From: Octopus bimaculoides
Lineage: Eukaryota
Assembly: GCF_001194135.2 (NCBI RefSeq)
Contig: NC_068985.1
Span: 100,927,081 to 100,976,494, forward strand
Direction of reading: 5' to 3'
Length of the DNA stretch: 49,414 nt
This document shows, piece by piece, positions 36,606 to 48,879 of the stretch (position 1 is its first letter; each line of letters begins with the position of its first letter). A model generated the notes under the pieces. That model made no database searches. It saw only the letters and a list, made by a program, of their open reading frames with translations, and had not been told where the DNA came from. The translations under genes and the position numbers were made by a program.

Positions 36606-39600
36606 AATGTGAATGTTGCATATGTACTTAATTCATGTCTACTCGTAATAATCTTGTATTTATATCTACGATATTCAAAACAGCAATAAATCTAATAAAT
36701 CTCCGAACGATCGTGACTTCAGTTCCTTCAAAGTGGAAACGTAATGTACAACAAAAAACAATGAGTTTTTTACATTCCACAAAGGAGAATTTAGACGGTT
36801 TGACGTTGTATAAACATACTCTTATGAAGATAAAGGTTAAAACCTAGCTCGTTTTGCACCAACATTAGAATGTTACTTTATACTATATTTTACCGTTTTC
36901 TAAATTTAAAACAAGATTAAATAAGCATCTAAATTGCAATACCGATGAGAGATATTAAAATAAAATTGTTATGAAAAAAAGCAGATTTGCAAAATAAATG
37001 TAGGTAGAGATTTTTTGACTTTTGTCACGTAAACTATTTTAGAATGCAATATGATAGAGATATTAATTCGAAAAGCAATGGCGTGATTTACTACAATGAA
37101 GTTTTAAGGGGAAATCTGTTTAATGCAGGAAGAAATTAATAACGCGCACTAAGAATTGAGTCTGACCGTGATAATATGGTGTGTGAAATCAAATGTAGAA
37201 TTCAATATTTCTTATAGACTGTTTTCTTGCTTCCTTCAACTGACAAGATATAATTCATTTTGTTAGATGTAAATCACACATAAAGTTAATAGAATTACGT
37301 GATCCTAAGATGAATTAGGAAAAGAAGTTATCTGCAATAATATATCTGCAAAGACTTCTGCACATTGTTGGATGTATCAGAGTGTATGTATTAAATTCGG
37401 TAAGATTCTCCATTGAAGTGTTGACTCTATCATTATGAAATCAAATATATTAGTGTGGCAAACTGTCTACGCCAAAACTATACGAGCGTAGATCTCGTTG
37501 TGGTTTCTACAACTAACTACAGAACAATCATTCACCTCATAGCATCGGAAGCAATGTTCAGTAATAAATATATAGCAACTTCAGACAATCAGAAAAGATT
37601 GGTTTTGTCCAACTAATTTAATAAATTTACTATTGCCAAGACCCTAGTTCTAAACCATAGAAAACAAGATATAGGATTATAAGATCTCGTGTATTCGTCC
37701 TTAATTGTCTGCATATTACTTCTACAACAATTATTACTATTTGCTAACCAATAAGCATTTTATAATGCGTGTATATACGCATGTATATGCACATACATGC
37801 ATCAATATATGAAGACATTTGTACAAATGTATTCTCTTTTATCATTTTATTCTGACCAGAATGTTTCTGAGAAGTAAGTACGATGATCGTTTCCACGGAT
37901 TAAATAATTTTCTTAGGTATGTTTATACACATCTTCCTAGCAAAACGTTAATCCGTTGTCATTTACCTACATGATACCTGCTTGTTGTCAATATACAAGA
38001 ACACGAAAAAAATGCTTAATGTATACTTCTAACAATAGCTTCACCTGGTAGTAACGTCTTACTTTCGGTATCGATTTTAATTAACATCAGGTTTAAATAC
38101 CTCCTTATAAGATGACTCTTTGAAAAAATGCTCATCGGAATTTCATTTGAGATATATTTCAGTTTAATAATAAAACAAAATTATGTGAATGATGTCTGAA
38201 AATGTATGTGTGTGTATGTGTTAGTGTTTGCTACTGTAGGTGTAACTGTGCCCACGCATGTGTCTTACAACATCCCATGGGTTTGCATTTTTTGTCACGA
38301 TTAATTTTTGCTTCCCTATATTCTATATATTTTACATAAAAGATGAACGTTCCAGTTTGCCAAAAAGGGGAAATAAATAACTCGAACGACGTATGATTGT
38401 CGTCTGAATTTTATATCTTAATAACAACAATATATGGATATGTTAGAATTGCTTACATAACTTTTTAGAAACTGTAGGCAACTCTCTAACAATGAATGGG
38501 TTAATGTCTTCAAACTGATGAGCCGATTGTACAATCTTTATCTTATTCAGTAACAAAATGGAGTTAATCTTGACTGTAACAGATTTGTCTACCCATATAG
38601 GTTTAATGAACAAGGTTTTTACTCTGGATATGTAACTATGTGTTTGTGAATTCGTGGTGATATGTAAGAAATCTATTGCATGTGATATATCTGCTATCCT
38701 CCAGTAAGAATGTATACATTTTTAAATGTCATAACCCGGCATTTTTTTTCCTTCCTTCGCCTTCATAAACATTCTTGCATGGACAATCAGAAGCGTATTA
38801 AATAGGATATGCATGTAAATTCAGACGTTGTTTTGGCAGATTATTCATAATATTCAGTAAAAACATGTCAAGTGAAATTTTAATTTATTCTTTGATCAAT
38901 TTCCTGAACTAAATTACCATAAATATTTACTCTAATTTATTAAAATATGTCTGATTACCTAAACAAATATATTCTGGTTATATACAGAAGTGAAAATAGA
39001 GACAAAGCAAATACTTACCTCTGCAAGTCATACAGCTGACGTTTATCATACAGTTTGGTGTTTAATAGGAGGACATAAATACGTCTACTAAAAATAAATA
39101 CTTTCTGAAGAATTTGCTGACAGAAATAAGTTTTAAAATTCAAAAGTGAAATGAGTATGATTTTGGCATATAGAAATCCTTGCTTTGCTATGAAGTGCAG
39201 TTTCATGAATCATATTAAGTGTTGCAATCAATGGCAACTTCTAGTAATTAGAAAGGTTCTAAATCATTAAATCTACAATGATCATGATTAATGTAGTTAG
39301 CACATTAAGTTGCGTAAAACACTAAGATATCAATCACTAGTTTGAAGAGAAATATAATATACTGGACTCGTAAAGGCTATGTACTATACAAATATCTCAT
39401 CGGCCCCTTATATCTTCCTTTAATTCGAATGCAAACTTATACGTCACTTCCTTAAATTCATGAAGTCTCGAATACTCTCGTTCAAGGCTTGTGACAAGCC
39501 GATATTCCTCTATTCTTGTTATGATATTACATTTCCGTGTGTAGTAAGCTGGAAACAAAAAACAACAAAGCATATCAGCCGGAAGTTTTAACGTATCTAT

Positions 39601-41243
39601 TCATCAGTCAGTCAGAAGTGGTGTTTCATTTTGTGAGTAAGTAAAGACCAAGGGACAAGTTAACTTTGGATGGGGTGAAACCAGCATCACAGAAATGTTC
39701 TATATTTTAACTTTTAGTCAATTCAAAAATCTTAGTAAGCGAAATCATCTTCTGTTTAATATCCAGCGCTCAAACCTCCTGGGAATGTTGAAGTCAGTAG
39801 TCAAAAATATCAAATTAAGTCGTTTAAAAATATATGGTTGTTTGTAGTAGAACACAAAAATAACGGAAATTATTCGATACTTAAATATTGTGACTATTTA
39901 AAGATGCCTTACATTTTTGACGTTTCGCACAATTTTCCAGGGTACTATCTATATATAATCATTCGATAGCTATTAAATGAAGTTCCTTTTTTAGAGATGC
40001 TTACATTTTTTAATGTTTTCTTTGAAGTTTCCACGGGTGCAGCTTGTAAGTATAAATATGCACATATATGTAAATTCATACATCTCTGTATGTGTGAGTG
40101 TGCGAATACAAACTTTTATACGCTTATGAATGTGTGTTTTGGGGCTTCTTTTGTATAAAAGTGCATACACGTAAGTATGTCTATTGATACGTTGTACGAG
40201 AACGCTAAACTTTAGTTCAATGTTGAAACATAATAACAAGGAAAATATATCATTGTCATTGAAGCTCCTATACTACATAGTCAACAAGCTGAAAAATATG
40301 AGGTACATTTATAGAAATTTTTTTCGTTTCTTGCCTGTGTCTTGTATATTTGTATTTGATCTCTGGAATTATGTTAAAAGAAATATATCATTCAAAAATA
40401 TATGTCTAAACTGTAAATAAATTTTTAAAACGTCAGAATTTTCTACCGAAATATCCTATGTAGCATGCTTTCGAAATAAATGTAGTTTGTTTCTTTTATT
40501 AAATTTCTATATCGATTTCAAGTGAATAGTTGAAATCTATTCAAACAGCGAAATTTGCCAAACTAAAATTATATTCCTGAACGATAAAAATATATCTTCT
40601 GTGTTCAAACTGATGACTAAAGACATGTAAACAAGTGTGAATTTAATTTATTGCACTATTAGATACACAGTAGCACCGAAGCAGTGTTTTATTGAAATGC
40701 ACCTCTATATACATTCAGTCGAATGTTCAACACATGCGTTTGAAAATATTAATATATGCCAAGCCATCTATAACGTTCTATCCCGATCTGAAAATATGTA
40801 AGGGAGAAAATCAAATTAAATTTTTAGACCTAGCTCGATATATGTTTGTAATAGTTACTTATTTTATTAAGGTAGACGTTATACCAGAACAGCGAGAAAA
40901 TATATCTAGATATATTTCTATGTATATCTTTATGCATGTTTAACACCAGGTACATAACAAATCCAGCAATTTCTTATTTTGCGGGTAAAAAAAATAAGAA
41001 TTATTCTTAAACAGTAAGAACATAAATTGTGCTGTCATTAAACCAAATGAAAATGTGAAAACACAAAATATTTACGAAGACAAAACCGGAATCTATCATA
41101 TATGTTGAGACATACTATTTTCGTGAAGCACAAGTTGATTTCATGTTCGGGTTTCTGCTGTAGACTTGGCCAAAGAATTGACTGAGTCTATAGGTGAAAC
41201 GTGAAGTCTAGTCATCTCAGCTGTCAATGAAATGCATAATATT

Positions 41244-41439
41244 ATTTTCTACTCTAGGCAAATGGCCCGAAATTTTGGGGGAGGGTGCCAGTCAATTAGA
41301 TCGACACTAGTACGTAACTGGTACTCCGACAAGAGGAAAGACAAAGTCGACATCGGCGGAATTTGAAACTACAGACAGACGAAATACCGCTAAGCATTTC
41401 GCCCGGCGTGCTAACGTTTCTGCCAGCTCGCCGCCTTAT
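41244..41439 (-). mobile_element. tRNA-derived SINE (family A), best-preserved head, internally deleted, 16-bp TSD
   Basis: Minus head aaggcggcgagctggcagaaacgttagcacgccgggcgaaatgcttagcggtatttcg...gtttcaaattccgccg. TSD tgaaatgcataatatt at 41228-41243 and 41440-41455. Confidence 0.9.
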
Positions 41440-41589
41440 TGAAATGCATAATATTGAACATATTCCAAATATTTCTTTTTGGTTTGTCAAACGTAAGTGG
41501 ATAAAAAATACAAGTGCTAATATATTATTACGTGTCACACAAATATAAATACACGGTTGTTGTAAGCTTCTATTTATATAATTATATGC

Positions 41590-41621
<32 letters not shown>

Positions 41622-42189
41622 ATTTGTTACATGCGTATCACTTTGCATCATATGGAATGAACATTCATGTACTCACTTTCATATTGACTATTTCATCTGT
41701 ATATTCTTGTTCACTGCAGTACCAACATTCCCGAATCATTGTTAAACCATTAGTATAGAAGTAGTGCACAGAGGTTTTAAGAAGATAATTTCTGCCTAAT
41801 ATCTTTGCTCTACACAGTATATACATTTAACAAGAAGCCGTCATATATATGTCCATGTCAAATGCGAACACGAGATCAGGCCGTTAATATTCAATTTCGT
41901 GTAATACTTTAAATATAATTCCTTGCGCAGAATTTTCGAAAATCATTACTATTGATAGGCATGCGTGACAAGATGACAAAAAATTCAAAAATAATTTAGT
42001 ATGATTAATTTTTCTTTTCTTTAGAAAATATTGTGACCTCCAGATCAAAATTTTGTACATGGTATTTCTTCCATTTCTTCCATCTCCCTCTCTCCCGCTC
42101 TCTGTCTCTCTCTACCACCGTGCGTCTTTGTCTCATACGAACACACACGCGCATCAGAATGTATATAAATATATACTCACAGATACATA

Positions 42190-42270
42190 CATATATATAT
42201 ATGTGTGTGTGTGTGTATGTGTGTGTGTGTGTGTGTGTCTGTGTGTGTGTGTGTGTGTGTCTGTGTGTGC
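42190..42270. repeat. (TA)n/(TG)n microsatellite
   Basis: Direct reading. Confidence 0.9.
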
Positions 42271-43927
42271 CTGACTGTGCGCACGCGTGATTGTGTGTGT
42301 CAAAATTCAGTTTATATCGGAGGTTTCTTAATCTCATGATTTAAATGTTTCGTGATAAATAAGACTTTAATGTAAGAAATTCAATTTTAACTTCTATCCT
42401 CATTTAGGACTTCGATGGAAGTGCATTTTTTCTGCGTTTTTAAAAAATGTATTATATTTTATTTATCTTTCTCTCCATCTTTCGTTCTACGCTCATTCAG
42501 ACGTCACATGCACACACTGAAATATATTCACTCCCTTGTCATATTTAATTGACTGACATTTCATTATTTTATACCTGATGTATTTCAAGAGTAACATCAC
42601 TACCACCTATGGCTTCCAGAAGATACAACTATCTAATTACCGTGCGGCGAACATATATATATGAGAGTTTCAATCCTGAGTGACAGAAACAGAGATGCTT
42701 GACGCTTGTTCATTGTTCACGGTTGCAGAAGGCTTAAATGCACGATTAAACATGAAATATTATGTTGTATATCACACCATACTTGGGACAGACCTACTTA
42801 TTTCATTTTCTTCAAATATATTTTATAATGATAAGAAAGAAGTGCTGCTTGCCGTGCATTATGTTATGGTCCGGTCTGATTTGCTGATAAGTAGTTTTCA
42901 AAAGACGTCCATAATAATGATTCACTGCATAGTTGTCTAAGTTTTTCTCGAACGCGGAAAACGCAATAAAAAACATTTTCGATGAAACATCAAGAGTTAA
43001 CACTTAAGAAAATGTTCCTCGTGTAAACTGATTTCATTTTGAAAAAAAAAATGACAGTTCACAATAGATAATTTAACGGTGTAATAGCAGCAGATACCCT
43101 TTACATCCAGATTAAAAAGAGAATGTTTTATGTCTCCTCAGCAGTGGTCCTAGAACCTCCAATATTGGAATGCAGCAGCAGTATGACAAAATTAAGTTTT
43201 TTTCTTTTGTAAAAATAACAAACATGAGACTAATAAAATAGTTCAAAGTGATAGCAATGCAAATTCAATTTTCGTAGGAAGATTTCACAACAGGTATTAT
43301 TGGATGCAGACAAAATAAAAATGAAAAATGTTAAACATGATGAAAGCGAAAATAAATGGATCACGTGTTCCTCTGCTATTCGTCAAATTATTTTGATTCA
43401 CTCATCAACATTATCATGTCGCTCAGATTTATCGATGTTTGCATGTAAACAAGAATGGATTATTTATTTATGCATCATCATCGTTTTTATATTATTTATT
43501 CGTATATTTATTTATTTATTTATTTATTGCTCTTCAATATCACGTTCCAATTTTAAGTGATCCATTTTCCGTAGAAAGAGGCGATTGTTGCCACTCATGC
43601 CTTCAGATGTATAATGGAGTAACTTATGAATGCCTCTCTCAACTTATCCGCTTCAAAATTAGTCTACGTAACTTAGCATTTCGTATTACGAACGCTCGAT
43701 TTGTTGAACTAAAACCTTTTTAGGCGGTGCTACAAGGTGAGTGTAATACGATGACAGAAACAATTAAAGTAAAAAGAACTTATTCAATTTATATAAACTG
43801 TAATGTATGCATGAAGTAAGAATAATAAGAAACGGTACAAATCATCTTAGATTAAGTTTTTTACTGATACGATTGATTGGTTGCAATATGGAACTTAAAG
43901 ATAGTGTCTATTACTTTGTATTTAATA

Positions 43928-44143
43928 TGGCGATACATTAGCAAAATTGTTAGCATGGCAAGCAAAATGCACAGAGACCTTTTGTCCGTGTATTCCTTCG
44001 GAATTCGAATTCTGCTGATGCCGACTTTGGCTCTCATTACTTCGTGCGTCGATAACAGAAGCACCAGTTGAGTCCTAGGTGTGATGTATTCAAAGTATTA
44101 CCTTCTCCGAAATTTCTGGCCTTGTGCCGAAATCCGAACGAAA
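43928..44143 (+). mobile_element. Degenerate tRNA-derived SINE (family A) with 19-bp TSD
   Basis: gttagcatggcaagcaaaatgc...ttcgaattctgctgatgccgactttg...gtcgataa..accagttgag..ccgaaatttctggccttgtgccgaaat. TSD tattactttgtatttaata at 43909-43927 and 44144-44162. Confidence 0.8.
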
Positions 44144-44145
44144 TA

Positions 44146-44556
44146 TTACTTTGTATTTAATACCACCTTCACGTGAGGCAGCTTTGTGTTGTATTTAATA
44201 TCATCTGCACGAAAGGCAGCTTTGTATCGTATTTAATATCATCCTCGTATAAGGCTGCATCATATTGTATCTAATATCATCTTCACGTAAAGTAGCTTTG
44301 TGTTTCATATCATCTTGATGTAATGCTGCATTATATTTAATATCATGTTCACTTAAGGCAGCTTTAATATGATTTTCACGTAGGGCCGTTTTGTACTTAA
44401 TATTATCTTCACGTAATACAGTTGTGTATTGTATTTAACATCATCTTCCTGTAAGTCAACTTTGAATTTAAAATCATGTTCACGTAATGTAGCTTTGTAT
44501 ATAATAATATCTTCACGTAAAACAACTTTGTATTTAATATCGTTTTCACGTAAGAC
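44146..44556 (+). repeat. Minisatellite, about 12 units of 27-38 bp (core 33 bp: ttgtatttaatatcatcttcacgtaaggcagct)
   Basis: Manual segmentation gives 12 diverged units; several carry a 5-nt ttgtg/ttgta prefix (38 bp). Confidence 0.9.
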
Positions 44557-44735
44557 AAGCAGAATTGTGAGCACGCCGAGCAAGATACTTCGCGACATTT
44601 CTTCTGCCTTTACGTCCAATTAACTTTCACTTACATTCCTTTCGGGGTCGATAAATGAAATACCAGTTTTGTAAAATGGGGCTAATATAATTGACTTACT
44701 TAAGTCCCCGAAATTTCTGGTCATGTATAAACATT
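44552..44735 (+). mobile_element. Degenerate tRNA-derived SINE (family A)
   Basis: gcagaattgtgagcacgccgagcaagat...cctttcggggtcgataaatgaaataccagtt...ccccgaaatttctggtc. Confidence 0.8.
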
Positions 44736-45439
44736 TGAAAGTAATGTCTTCTTCATGTGTTTCCTTCGTAAAACATTGAAACAGAGTCTTTTAGAAAAAT
44801 ATTAACCCAAAATACATTAAAGGAGCACGTTTATTTATAAAAAGGCTGCTTCCAAACATGTAGACTGATACCACAAAACGTTTCCTCGAAAGATATTTCA
44901 TTATGCCCTATCTCAAGGGGAAACCAAATCCGAGGCAAAATCCTACAGCCTCCAGGAAGGTGTCTATACATTAGCTAGAAATAGATAAAAAATAAACAGG
45001 AAAAGAAATAAAGAAAATCAATTCTCGAATTTTCGAATACAACTGGTTTTGTGTATCAGTCAGAGAGTATAGGATGAAACATATATAAATACAAAATTAA
45101 TGTCATTGATATTATTCTGACATTATTTTATATTGCTTTAAATAAAGAAATATAAACAGCAACAAGTTATTCTGAAATAAAAGTTCAAAGAAAATATTTC
45201 GTTTCAATAGTTGTACGTGAGTATCATTATTCGGAAAGTTTTATTTGAGCCGTCTGAACAACGAAAATAATGACTGTAAATGACTTCAAAGTCTTCGAAA
45301 GTTGAATTTACTGTAAAGTATAAGAGGCCCTTTGATATTTAAATAGTTGCTATAAGAAAATTACACTTATTTCCCTCATGTTATAACGTAAGGTGATGCA
45401 AATGAATACAACATTGGTATCAAATAATTGCTACAAAAG

Positions 45440-45530
45440 CAACAACAAAAACAACAGGAACAACAAAAACAACAACAGGAACAACATGAACATCATCATC
45501 AAGTACAAGAACACCAACACCAACAATGAT

Positions 45531-45588
<58 letters not shown>
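45440..45588. repeat. (AAC)/(CAT)/(AAT)n trinucleotide tract
   Basis: Direct reading. Confidence 0.95.
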
Positions 45589-45634
45589 TGCTATACACCC
45601 GAAAGCATGGACATAATTAATGACAATCCTTTCT

Positions 45635-45752
45635 GACATAGGGGAACGATGTTTTCGCTAACATCAACCGTAGTCCGCAACAGCTACTTGTATTAACGAT
45701 ACCAAAAGGATTAGAGGCAAAGTCTATCGCAGTAGAACTTAAATTCAGAGAG
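45635..45752 (-). mobile_element. Fragment of a degenerate family A SINE
   Basis: acttgtattaacgataccaaaaggattagaggcaaagtc...gaacttaaattcaga resembles family A body blocks in reverse. Confidence 0.45.
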
Positions 45753-45879
45753 CAAATAGGAAAACAATGCCACTACACTACAAGAGTCAACATGTATTTT
45801 TTCATTTGGATTGAAACAACAAGATATTTTCTCGAAAATTATAAAACACAGCCACAACTATAATAAAGGACATTTTATA

Positions 45880-46256
45880 CCACGACAACTACGACGAAGT
45901 CACATTTTGTATATGAGTATGTACCTGTCTATGAGTGAGTGTATGTTTGCGCGTTCGTCACGTACTACATTGTAAAGTACATTTTACACTACGACGACGA
46001 CATATTTTGCATGTGAGTGTGTATGTGTATGTGAGTACATGTGTGTGTGTGTTTGCGCTTTTATTACGTACGATATAGTAAATGACATTTTACACCACCA
46101 CATATGAGTGTGTACCTGTCTGTGGGTGAGTTTATATTTGCGCGTTCGTTATGTACCACATTGGAGAGCACATTACATACCACGACGATGGCACATTTTG
46201 TATATGAGTGTGTATGATCGTTTGTGTGTGTGTGTTTGCGCGTTGGTTACGTAAAT
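45880..46256 (+). repeat. About four units of an 85-110-bp minisatellite with dimeric higher-order pattern
   Basis: Units share acgacga..cacattttgtatatgagt...gtttgcgcgtt.g..acgtac. Units 1 and 3 share gtacctgtct; units 2 and 4 share gtgtgtgtgtgtttgcgc. Confidence 0.8.
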
Positions 46257-46375
46257 GTATGTCTCTGTGTGTCTATCTTAGTATATGTTTGTAAGAGTGT
46301 ATGTGTGTGTCATTGTATGTGAAATTGTATGTGTGTGTTTGTGAGAGTATATGTGTTTGTCAATTACAGTGACGT

Positions 46376-46632
46376 ATACTGGCTCCAATTAAGGAAATGG
46401 TTGATAAACTAAATCATGAAATTCAAAAGTTAACAGATACACCGGAAATGACTTTTCCATCAATTCACACAACAGTTCATCACGATCAGGTCGTCCAATA
46501 ACCTGTTGAAATTCTGAACACACTTAAAACCACCCGTATGCCACTGCATAACTTGTCACTAAGATGGAATCTCTCATTATGTTGCTTAGGAATCTTGACC
46601 CACCTTGCCTGCATAATCGAACTCAATTATTA
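46376..46632 (+). mobile_element. Helitron Rep/helicase (PIF1-like) pseudogene fragment
   Basis: ILAPIKEMVDKLNHEIQKLTDTPEMTFPSIHTTVHHDQVVQ*PVEILNTLKTTRMPLHNLSL, a frameshift near 46560, then KMESLIMLLRNLDPPCLHNRTQLL. This matches the Helitron helicase pattern ILAP.N..V..IN...YP.E.LNSL...G.P.H.L.LK.G..IMLLRNL.PP.LCNGTRL. Confidence 0.88.
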
Positions 46633-48198
46633 CTTCCATAAAGTCCCATGTCCTCTAATAATAGTAGTGGAAAACCCAACATCGGATTACCCCATTCGCT
46701 ATTAAGATATCTATTTGCCACAATTAAATATTTTTCAAAGAAACTTCACCATACTAACAACAGAAACAATATTTAATTTAATAGAAACATACGTAAATAG
46801 AAAAGACCACTAATATTAGAATATAATTACTCATGGATGCTTCAATTGCATTATCACTTAAATGAATACAGCTTATACTCCCTCCGAATTCATCCTTCTT
46901 CAGATAAACAAAATCATATTTATAGTCAGTATACCATCTTCCGTATTAAGGAATCTTCTTTTTTAAACTATTATGTTAAGTGGTATGAACTCCAGAAATA
47001 GATGTGCTTTTATGGAAAACTTTGATACACATATATAGATTGCTATAGATTTACTTTACTTTAAATTTATATTACTTGGTTTCGTTGTTATGTTTACATT
47101 AATTCACACATGTATACACAAATTTTGAGTTTTAACGAGCTGATATATGTTTACTTCTTTTTCTATCTTTTCTCACTACAATGTATTTATATCGTAAGCA
47201 GCTAAAATATCTTAGAGCAACTGACAGCAACGTTGAAAATTTAGTACATCTACGAGATTTCTCGATAAACTGTAAGTATGCTATGTTAGATTCTAAATTT
47301 TCGTTATTAATACAAACATTAATATTTTAACATGTTTCCTTGTTTTCATTACAGATAAATATAAATGCAGAAAGTTTACCGTATATATAGCATCATTAGA
47401 TTAGAATGTACTGTACACATCTCTCACTCAATTAATCTAATCGTTTATTTTATTCCTTACTTTGTAAAATTCACACTGATAAATTCATAATATTACGCAT
47501 ATTTTTTCCGAAAGGAAGATAACGAGTATACTTACGGTTAGATAGGAATATCTATTTAAAGCATCCATTGAGATATGATACTTGTCGAAATATGTATGTT
47601 CTTATTAGATCATAAATATATCATAGAAAGAATGCATATAATTTACACATAATTTATATTGCGTCTTCTGCTAATGCAGAAGAGACGAAATATAATACAT
47701 CCATAAGTACATATACATAACCGCACATGAAGATACATAAGAACATGTGCCTATTTCTCTGTGTTAGTATTTCGGGGTTGATGTTTGAAGTCTATAGGAT
47801 TCATTCGACTAATTGTACATGCTTTCGCTTTGTCGAATGGATATGCGTGTATTCTGAACCACATTTCAAATGCTACAGAATATGTGATTCTTGTTTAGAA
47901 TATAATTTATTGTTTGGAAAAAATATATTAATGTTGAAGAAGAACACGTTTCATGTAATTTAATTTAGACAATATTACATTCCTCAGTCACTATACAAGA
48001 TGGAATTCTGAAATGGTAGCCGTAAAAAAAGCAACCATTTAATACTAGGAAATTGAGGCAAAGGATTAAAAAAATTAATACGATAATATAATACATATTG
48101 TTTTGAGACTTGAATAAAGAGACACGTATGTTATACAATATTCCCAATATGATTCCAGATATATTTCAAGTAATAAAATCCTTCATGATCTTCAAACT

Positions 48199-48367
48199 GC
48201 TGTGTCGACGCCCCCAGGGGAAGAAGTAGGATTTCCCAAGATATATACAAGTATATACAAGTAGTCTGGCCGTGGAAGTGTGTTGAGTAGCAGTCGAGTA
48301 GCAGTTGTGTAGCTTTTCAGTAGAAATCATACGAAGGTGCTAGATAGTAGTAGTTTGAGACATAACA
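48199..48367 (-). repeat. Inverted copy of the 29202-29366 dispersed repeat
   Basis: The reverse complement aligns with 29202-29366, including the ctactc(a/g)actg tandem and cctgggggcgtc.acac. Confidence 0.8.
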
Positions 48368-48879
48368 TAAACTAGCAGTTTAAGAAATGTTACAAAATAA
48401 GTGAGCATGAAGTAAAATAGTGGCGTTCATGCATTTTATTATCCAAAGTGGCAAACGGCCACTTTACTTGATAAAGAGAAACAGTCCATTTCTTTCGTGA
48501 AATAGCATTTTAAGATTGTACAAGAGATGAAATAATAAGATAGTGAAAAATAGGTGCTTAATTAAGAATGTATCTTTCGAAGAAATTCAATCGTATCTAA
48601 ATACTGCATGCTTCGTTCATGCTATTATTAACCCGTTTCCTGAAGGTACAGAGATGGCATAGTCATCAGCCTTTCGGAGAAATCGCTCCGCTGTATTTCC
48701 TCTGAGATTTAATCCTTCTGAGAGGTACTTAATCATGTTTCTTTTCCCTTTGAGGTTGATTAAATAATTAAAATTTGGACATCGGATAAAATTTAATCGA
48801 ATAGCTCCTAAACCTAAAATTTCAGACATTGTCCCTACATTCCACAGATGTTGCGCAATGTGAGGGGTGTTATTTCGAT

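Noticed and set aside
44146-44556. CRISPR-like array (about 33-bp repeats)
   Set aside because: Units are directly adjacent with no unique spacers, are diverged, and lie in eukaryotic context with no cas genes.
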